20,000 nt of DNA from an uncultured virus (IMG/VR IMGVR_UViG_2772190671_000001) (taxonomy: Duplodnaviria; Heunggongvirae; Uroviricota; Caudoviricetes): the IMG/VR virus record IMGVR_UViG_2772190671_000001, one strand, 5' to 3'. Numbering within the stretch: position 1 is the first letter of the stretch; every line of letters begins with the position of its first letter. Positions 14,586 to 20,000 of this stretch are shown piece after piece. The notes below the pieces were generated by a model. That model worked only from the letters and a program-made list of their open reading frames with translations. It was not told the origin of the DNA and searched no databases. A program made the position numbers and the translations under genes.

Positions 14586-15038
14586 TCAGGTGTGCCCGGG
14601 GTCGGTGACGGGTCCGAGGAGTCCGGCGTCGCGGGCGTCCCAGAGGGCGCGGACTTCGCGGACGTCGATCGGGCCGGTCGCCTGGTCGGCGGGATCCGAC
14701 GTGTCACGAACCCAGGCAGGGACGGTGACCCGGGCGGCGTTCGCCTCAGCGGCAAGCTGCGCGCCGAACTTCTGCCGCAGCCAAACGACTTCCTCAGCGA
14801 GCGCGTCGCGCTGGCTGGTGACGTCATCGATGTCGGCGAGCTGCTGCACGACGAGTTCTTCGGCCGCGGCCTGCTTGGCGCGGCTCTCCCTCAAGTCCTG
14901 CTGCAGGAGGGCAACCTCATCGCCGGCGGCGTGCAGGTTGCCGAGGAGGATCACGACTTCCTGCCGCAGCTTGGCGACCTTGTCGACGGCGCGTCGGCTG
15001 CCGGTGCCCTTGAGCTTGGGGATCAGGTGCAGGCTCAT
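14586..15038 (-). CDS. Coiled-coil hypothetical protein (150 aa)
   Basis: GGAG RBS, ATGA coupling, heptad-rich middle region. Confidence 0.8.
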   Translation of the reverse strand: MSLHLIPKLKGTGSRRAVDKVAKLRQEVVILLGNLHAAGDEVALLQQDLRESRAKQAAAEELVVQQLADIDDVTSQRDALAEEVVWLRQKFGAQLAAEANAARVTVPAWVRDTSDPADQATGPIDVREVRALWDARDAGLLGPVTDPGHT

Positions 15039-15223
15039 GGCTTCTCCAGTCCGGTGCGGTCGATGTATCCGGCGGCTTCCGTGGCCTGGAAGTCGGCGGC
15101 GGTGCGGAGTTCGAAGTTGCGTTCCTGTGCGTCGGCCAGCTCGGCTTCCAGGTCGGCGATCCGCGTCTTGAGCCAGCAGATCGCGGCGGCCGGGTCGGGG
15201 TCGACGGCCGGCGGGGCGGTCAC
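15035..15223 (-). CDS. Small coiled-coil protein (62 aa)
   Basis: GTGA coupling with GAGG RBS; LKTRIADLEAELADAQERN. Confidence 0.72.
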   Translation of the reverse strand: MTAPPAVDPDPAAAICWLKTRIADLEAELADAQERNFELRTAADFQATEAAGYIDRTGLEKP

Positions 15224-15417
15224 CGGGTCGCCTCGGTGACGTTGCCGTTCCGGTCGACGTAGATCCGGAACGGGCCGCGTGTCCCGTGGCTGAGGCGGTC
15301 GCAGAGTTCCTCCCACGTCTCCCCCGGCCCGCTGTCAGCCGGTTGGATACCGACGAGGGCGGCGAGACCGTGGACGCGGACCACGGGCGGCAGCGCGGCA
15401 AGATCGGCGACCGTCAT
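15220..15417 (-). CDS. Hypothetical protein (65 aa)
   Basis: ATGA coupling at start, GTGA at end. Confidence 0.68.
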   Translation of the reverse strand: MTVADLAALPPVVRVHGLAALVGIQPADSGPGETWEELCDRLSHGTRGPFRIYVDRNGNVTEATR

Positions 15418-15617
15418 GTCGTCACCCCTTGTGGGTGGCGGCGCAGCCACTCGCGGCGCAGCCTGTAGCGGGCGTGGACCTTGTCGACGGCGTCCAGGTA
15501 CTCGGCCGTCGTCCACGGGCGGACACCCCTCGCGCGGGCCTCCCACGCCGCCTCCACGGCCAGCACGGAATCCATCTCCAGGTCAGCCAGCGGGCGGGGT
15601 TCGGTGACGGTCGCCAT
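15414..15617 (-). CDS. Hypothetical protein (67 aa)
   Basis: GGAGG RBS; ATG 15617 just after the upstream stop. Confidence 0.75.
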   Translation of the reverse strand: MATVTEPRPLADLEMDSVLAVEAAWEARARGVRPWTTAEYLDAVDKVHARYRLRREWLRRHPQGVTT

Positions 15618-15618
15618 G

Positions 15619-16236
15619 TCACGCCACCTCCGCCGTCTTGAGGGAGGCCGCGTAGAGGTCGATGCCGTGGCGGATCGCGTGACAGCAGTGCAGGAAGCCG
15701 GGCGTGTAGTCGCAGAACTTCCACTCCCAGGTCTCGCCGAACGTCCAGCCCTGGTACCGGAAGTCGTCGAGTTCCTTCCGGGCCCCAGCCTCGTGGCTGA
15801 TGTCGCCCCACTCGAAGATGTCGCGGGTGACCTCGGCGCCGATGCCGCGCGGCGCGTCTCCGTTGCGGATGGCCTCGACGACGTGCTGCTTGACCTGCTG
15901 CTCGAAGAGGTCCGGGTTGAAGCCCTCGATCTCGTCGCGCCCAGCCCGGACCTTCTCCGACCAGTAGCCGGGGTTGATCTGGCCACTGAAGGCGGTCTTC
16001 CGGAACAGGTCGAACATGTCGGGGGTGGCGTCGATGTCGAAGTGGAACGTCCAGCCCGCCTTGACGACGAGGTTGTACGGCCATGTGATCAGCTCGAACG
16101 GGTAGCGGCTGAACGGCGAGTCCGCCGTTCCCTCGAACCGCAGGTGCCGGTACAGGCCGTCGTCGTGCAGGACGGTCATCTGGTGGCTCGCCGTGTCGCG
16201 GGCGAACCGCTCGGCGATCTCCGGGTAGTCGCTCAC
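15619..16236 (-). CDS. Phage hypothetical protein (205 aa)
   Basis: AGGAG RBS before GTG 16236; aromatic-rich globular sequence (HDDGLYRHLRF, LITWP, DMFDLFR, INPGYWSEK). Confidence 0.85.
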   Translation of the reverse strand: MSDYPEIAERFARDTASHQMTVLHDDGLYRHLRFEGTADSPFSRYPFELITWPYNLVVKAGWTFHFDIDATPDMFDLFRKTAFSGQINPGYWSEKVRAGRDEIEGFNPDLFEQQVKQHVVEAIRNGDAPRGIGAEVTRDIFEWGDISHEAGARKELDDFRYQGWTFGETWEWKFCDYTPGFLHCCHAIRHGIDLYAASLKTAEVA

Positions 16237-16466
16237 GGCGTCTCCTGCGGGCGGTAGTAGGTGGGCTGTGCGGCGAGGGCGGCAGCCCAGTCGGGGTAGT
16301 CCTGGTCGCAGCCGCACGCCTCGGCGGGGCAGGCGCAGGCCAGGTCTGCGAACGCTGTGTCAAGCGGGTCGAGTTGGTGGGACTGCTCGACCAGATCGGC
16401 GATCCGCTGCTTCAGCGTCGACAGCGGCACGTCCAGGTCGGCGATCGGGCGGGACGGGGCGGTCAC
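16233..16466 (-). CDS. Hypothetical protein (77 aa) with a Cys cluster
   Basis: GTGA coupling at both ends; CACPAEACGC. Confidence 0.68.
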   Translation of the reverse strand: MTAPSRPIADLDVPLSTLKQRIADLVEQSHQLDPLDTAFADLACACPAEACGCDQDYPDWAAALAAQPTYYRPQETP

Positions 16467-16768
16467 GACGCGGCCCCCGGAGCCTGTTCGCCGCAGGTCA
16501 CGTTGCGGATCGTGCGGATGTCCGCCTCGAACGCCGACAGCTGCAGCGTCCACTGGCCGTCGATCTCGGCGTGGAACTTGATCCGTGCGTTCTCGCTGTC
16601 GGAACCGAACACGCCATTACCGAGGGCGGCAACGCGGACACGCATGCTGTCGTGCGAGACCTGGTGGGCGATGACCTTCTCGACATGCCCGGACTGCCAG
16701 GTGATCTCGTACACCTGGTGCGGGACGTTTGCGTAGAAGGACTCGCGCTTCTGGGATGATTGAGGCAC
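16463..16768 (-). CDS. Hypothetical beta-rich protein (101 aa)
   Basis: AAAGGGG RBS before GTG; GC3-biased codons. Confidence 0.78.
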   Translation of the reverse strand: MPQSSQKRESFYANVPHQVYEITWQSGHVEKVIAHQVSHDSMRVRVAALGNGVFGSDSENARIKFHAEIDGQWTLQLSAFEADIRTIRNVTCGEQAPGAAS

Positions 16769-16818
16769 GTGAAGCCCCTTTCGTTTCTACGGTTCGTGAG
16801 GGGTGGATCGCACGGCTT

Positions 16819-16870
16819 GGCCGCGGGGCCCCGGCTGCCGGTGTGCGAACCGGCGGTTGGGGTCTTGGCC
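16819..16870 (+). other. Long strand-asymmetric stem-loop after the xis-like gene
   Basis: 19 contiguous pairs (16824-16842 with 16849-16867), six of them G:U on the + strand. Confidence 0.55.
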
Positions 16871-16871
16871 G

Positions 16872-17171
16872 CTAAGCGGCGACGCGGGCCGGCTCGGCCT
16901 TGCTGAACGGCTTGACCGTGTAGCGCTCGATGAGGGCCACGATCTGCGCGCCGGTCAGGTAGTTGTCGCGGCCGTTGAAGACGTAGTCGATCTCCTTGCG
17001 GCGGCACATCTCGGCGATCTTGCGGCCGGAGAACGGGGCCCAGATGGCGGCCTCGTAGGGCGTGTAGGCGAAGAGCTGGCCTTCGGCGGTCTGCGGCGCC
17101 GGGAGCTTCTCGCGGATCTTGGGGGCGGGGCGCTTGCGGGGCGCGGACGTCGTGGCCTGGGGGGCGGTCAC
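16872..17171 (-). CDS. Excisionase-like winged-helix DNA-binding protein (99 aa)
   Basis: YTPYEAA....FSGRKIAEMCRRKEI......RDNYLT..QI pattern; position right after Cro; AAGGAG RBS. Confidence 0.7.
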   Translation of the reverse strand: MTAPQATTSAPRKRPAPKIREKLPAPQTAEGQLFAYTPYEAAIWAPFSGRKIAEMCRRKEIDYVFNGRDNYLTGAQIVALIERYTVKPFSKAEPARVAA

Positions 17172-17374
17172 GGGGTCTCCTTGTGGGTGATGTCATCAGG
17201 GGTGACACCCAGCGCGTCCGCGACCTTTTCGATGTTTTCCGCACTCAGCCCGGCGAGTCCTCGTTCGACTCGGGAGAGGTGCGACCGATGGATCCCCGTC
17301 TTTGCGGAGAGCGTGCGCAGGCCCATTTGAAGAGCCCTCCTTCTGTAGCGGATAGCGCTGGAGTGCGGTCTCAC
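17168..17374 (-). CDS. Cro-like XRE helix-turn-helix protein (68 aa)
   Basis: IRYRRRALQMGLRTLSAKTGIHRSHLSRVERG...KVADALGV; divergent from the repressor. Confidence 0.9.
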   Translation of the reverse strand: MRPHSSAIRYRRRALQMGLRTLSAKTGIHRSHLSRVERGLAGLSAENIEKVADALGVTPDDITHKETP

Positions 17375-17410
17375 GCCTTAGAAGCTAGCTACTCGATACG
17401 CTTCAGGCAA
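17375..17410 (-). promoter_or_regulatory. Early lytic promoter, probably giving a leaderless cro transcript
   Basis: TTGCCT (17410-17405), 17 bp, TAGCTT (17387-17382), 7 bp, GTG start; no RBS. Confidence 0.65.
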
Positions 17411-17589
17411 GCGCTAGTGCTACATCGGTGCGCTTTTTTATAGCTGCTCGGGACCGGCGCGCCCCCTACCTACCGGTAAGCACAGTGCGCCCCATGCAAC
17501 CCAAACGCTCTGTTTGTGAGCCCAAGCGCAGGTCAAACGGCTCAATCCCCGCTAGGTGGTTGCATGGAAGTAGTGCATGATGGAGAGCC

Positions 17590-18108
17590 ATGGAGCGAGA
17601 TTGGGAACGGCTCGGCAGGGCATACGCGAAGGCCCGGACCGCGGCAGGCCTCACCCAGGAACAGGTCGCGGAGCGGCTGCACGTCAGCCGCACCCCCATC
17701 CAGGCCATCGAGCGCGGACGGCAGCCCAACGGCAAGGCCTTCACGAAGGTCACCCAGACGATGCGGTCCTACGCGCGCCTGGTCGGCTGGACCGAGGCGT
17801 CCCCCGATCTGATCCTCGACGGGCAGGAACCAGAACCGGCCACGCGACCCGTTTCACCGGCCGCCGAGTCCAGGTCCGGTCTTCCGCCGGCGATCGACCG
17901 CGAACTGCGTTCCGGGCAAACCCTCGACCACACCGTGGTGCACCTCAGCGGCGAAGGCGATGACGACGATGTCAGGCTCGTAGTCGTCCTCAAGGGCGCG
18001 GAGGGCATGAGCGAGGAGGAGATCGACCGGCGCTACGAGCAGTGGCGCAGGGCGCGGCGCCAGGTGCAGGCACTGGCCGGCGAACCAGACACCCCACAGG
18101 AGCCGTAA
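17590..18108 (+). CDS. Immunity repressor, XRE family (172 aa)
   Basis: ARTAAGLTQEQVAERLHVSRTPIQAIERG HTH; divergent from Cro and upstream of the integrase. Confidence 0.88.
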   Translation: MERDWERLGRAYAKARTAAGLTQEQVAERLHVSRTPIQAIERGRQPNGKAFTKVTQTMRSYARLVGWTEASPDLILDGQEPEPATRPVSPAAESRSGLPPAIDRELRSGQTLDHTVVHLSGEGDDDDVRLVVVLKGAEGMSEEEIDRRYEQWRRARRQVQALAGEPDTPQEP

Positions 18109-18208
18109 GGCATTTTCGGCCCCAGACGGTCGACTGTGACTCAAAAGTATGCTTCGATCGACAGACCGTCACCGAGGGGGGGCACTGCTCGGATCGGGGT
18201 AACAGCCC

Positions 18209-18619
18209 ATGTGGGTCATGCACGTTGAGCGTGTTCAGGGTGACTACAGAGAACCCGAGATCATCGATCTCGAAGACGGCACAGGCTGCCTGTTCAGGCT
18301 GCACGAGATAGACATCAGCGAGGACGGCGTGAAGCCCCTCGCGAAGCTCCTCACCGAGCAGGCGCAGCGCTGGGCGCCCAGGCCGCCCGGCTCCCCCCTC
18401 GGCCCGGTTATTCCCGTGCGCTGGGAGCGCATCCCCAACCCGCCGGACCCGCTCGCCATAGGGGTCGACGACGGCCCCAACGGCATCACCTACACGCTGG
18501 ACGCCAAGATGCTCAGCCAGCATGCCGCGGACTATCTCAGCCGACTCGACACGGAACGATCTCCGTACTGGCAGCGTGTACCCAAGGGCTACCACGACGG
18601 CAAGAACGACGCCGAGTAG
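18209..18619 (+). CDS. Hypothetical lysogeny-module protein (136 aa) with internal duplication
   Basis: GC3-biased ORF between repressor and integrase; two similar halves; exact start uncertain (18209 or 18218). Confidence 0.78.
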   Translation: MWVMHVERVQGDYREPEIIDLEDGTGCLFRLHEIDISEDGVKPLAKLLTEQAQRWAPRPPGSPLGPVIPVRWERIPNPPDPLAIGVDDGPNGITYTLDAKMLSQHAADYLSRLDTERSPYWQRVPKGYHDGKNDAE

Positions 18620-18638
18620 CGAAGCGCAAGGGGGCACC

Positions 18639-20000
18639 GTGGCCTACGCCGAGAAGGTCTACAAGGTCCGCAACGGCAAGCAGACCAAGCAGTACACGTG
18701 GAAGGCCAAGTACAAGAAGCCCGACGGCAGGTACGGGTCCGAGTCCGGCTTCCCGACGAAGGCTCTGGCCGAGCAGTGGGGCGGGCAGCAGGAAGCGGCG
18801 ATCCGCGCCGGAACCTGGATCGACCCGGACAAGCTCAACACGCCGTTCGGTGAGTGGGTCGAGATCTGGAAGACGGCCAACAAGAAGCGCCCCCGCACCC
18901 AGAGCGGTCGCGCTTACCTGCTGGCCAAGCTCCTGCTGCCCGAGTGGGAGCACACGCCGCTAATGCAGGTGAACAACGTCTTCACGGTGAAGTCGTGGGC
19001 AACCCGCATGGCCAAGCCGCACGGCAAGCACGACCCGGACACCGTCGCCCAGGCCCGCAGCCTGCTCTCGTCGATTCTCTCCGGCGCTGAGGACGCCGGC
19101 TACATCCCGGCGAACAAGCTCTACGGCAGGCGCATCCTCGTAGGCGGCGATCACCACGAGGAGGAAGAGGAGGTCTGGGCACAGCCCGACGAGGTGTACC
19201 GCATGAACCAGCGCATGAGCGGCGTGCACGGGCTGATGATGACTGCTGACTGCTACCTGGGATTCCGGTGGGGGGAGTTGGCCGGCCTGCACCGGGACAA
19301 CTGCCTCCTCAAGCGCGAGGACAAGATCGACGGGCGGCCGTTCGTGCGGCACGTGATCCGCGTCGATCCGAAGGTGGGCTCTCTGCACGAGGATCCGGTG
19401 GAGCTCGACGAGGAGAGCCTGGCTGCATGGGAGGCCGCCGAGGACGCGCGGCTACGGAAGTGCATCGAGAAGGGCTGGAAGGCGAACCGCAGGAAGGCGC
19501 CGGCGAACAAGCTGCACGTCTATCTGGGGCCGCCGAAGAACAAGTACTCCGCCCGCGAGGTCGACGTTCCGGAGTTCCTGGTGCGGCGGCTGTCCGAGCA
19601 CATCGAGGCGTGGCCGCACGCGTACCCGTTCTCGACGCCGAAGGGAACGTTCTGGCTGCGCGGGAACTTCACCTCGAGGCATCTGCGGCCGGCTGCCGAC
19701 GGGCGGGAGGCGATCCCCCGGAAGCGGGGCTACGCCGGCCGGGACGCGTGGGAGTCGGTGCTGCCCGGTTTCACGATGCGGGGGGCCCGGCATACGCACG
19801 ACACGTGGATGAAGGACGACGGTGTGGACCGGGCCCTGCGGTTCTTGACGATGGGCTGGGTGCCGAAGGATATTGAGGGCACCTATGAGCATGTGACGCC
19901 GGAGATGCGCAGGCATCGGCTGCAGTGTCTTGAGGCTCGGTGGGAGCGCGGGAAGCGCGTGGCGGCTGAGCGGGTAGGGAGAGAGCCCGGGGGGAGTTGA
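18639..20000 (+). CDS. int: Tyrosine integrase (453 aa)
   Basis: N-terminal arm-binding region (WKAKYK..DG....SGF.TK..A), GFRWGEL, PPKNK, RGARHTH, MGW, TYEH; AAGGGG RBS before GTG 18639; TGA at 19998-20000. Confidence 0.93.
   Translation: MAYAEKVYKVRNGKQTKQYTWKAKYKKPDGRYGSESGFPTKALAEQWGGQQEAAIRAGTWIDPDKLNTPFGEWVEIWKTANKKRPRTQSGRAYLLAKLLLPEWEHTPLMQVNNVFTVKSWATRMAKPHGKHDPDTVAQARSLLSSILSGAEDAGYIPANKLYGRRILVGGDHHEEEEEVWAQPDEVYRMNQRMSGVHGLMMTADCYLGFRWGELAGLHRDNCLLKREDKIDGRPFVRHVIRVDPKVGSLHEDPVELDEESLAAWEAAEDARLRKCIEKGWKANRRKAPANKLHVYLGPPKNKYSAREVDVPEFLVRRLSEHIEAWPHAYPFSTPKGTFWLRGNFTSRHLRPAADGREAIPRKRGYAGRDAWESVLPGFTMRGARHTHDTWMKDDGVDRALRFLTMGWVPKDIEGTYEHVTPEMRRHRLQCLEARWERGKRVAAERVGREPGGS

Larger units (their letters stand above)
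1..20000. mobile_element. Temperate actinophage/prophage early, replication and lysogeny region (partial)
   Basis: Integrase, repressor/Cro switch, Xis-like gene, RecE/Sak4-like recombination genes, antirepressor, WhiB, replication initiator and DNA MTase in phage-like order with ATGA/GTGA overlaps; element boundaries not visible in the window. Confidence 0.93.

Noticed and set aside
18522..18638. Longer integrase start at 18522
   Set aside because: Overlaps the upstream gene by 98 bp; GTG 18639 has an RBS and starts the arm-binding domain

Overview
High-GC actinobacterial (Streptomyces-like) temperate phage or prophage DNA covering the early, replication and lysogeny region. No structural genes, RNA genes or CRISPR arrays are evident. 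Right end (+ strand): XRE repressor, a 136-aa protein with an internal duplication, and a tyrosine integrase ending at base 20000. Divergent from the repressor, a long translationally coupled minus-strand operon encodes Cro-like and Xis-like proteins, many small hypotheticals, a RecE/ExoVIII-like exonuclease, a Sak4-like AAA ATPase, a DinD/BRO-KilAC antirepressor, WhiB flanked by two paralogous HTH proteins, an HNH/DnaD-like protein, a replication initiator with internal candidate iterons, a putative helicase loader, zinc-finger proteins, an Ead/Ea22-like protein and an orphan beta-class amino-methyltransferase. Two counter-oriented + strand genes stand out: an RHH gene with three palindromic operators heading the replication module, and a small ImmA-like gene lacking HEXXH with twin identical-loop hairpins in its leader. 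Family assignments come from recognising motifs by eye; no database searches were run. Many starts were re-called from RBS and stop/start overlaps.
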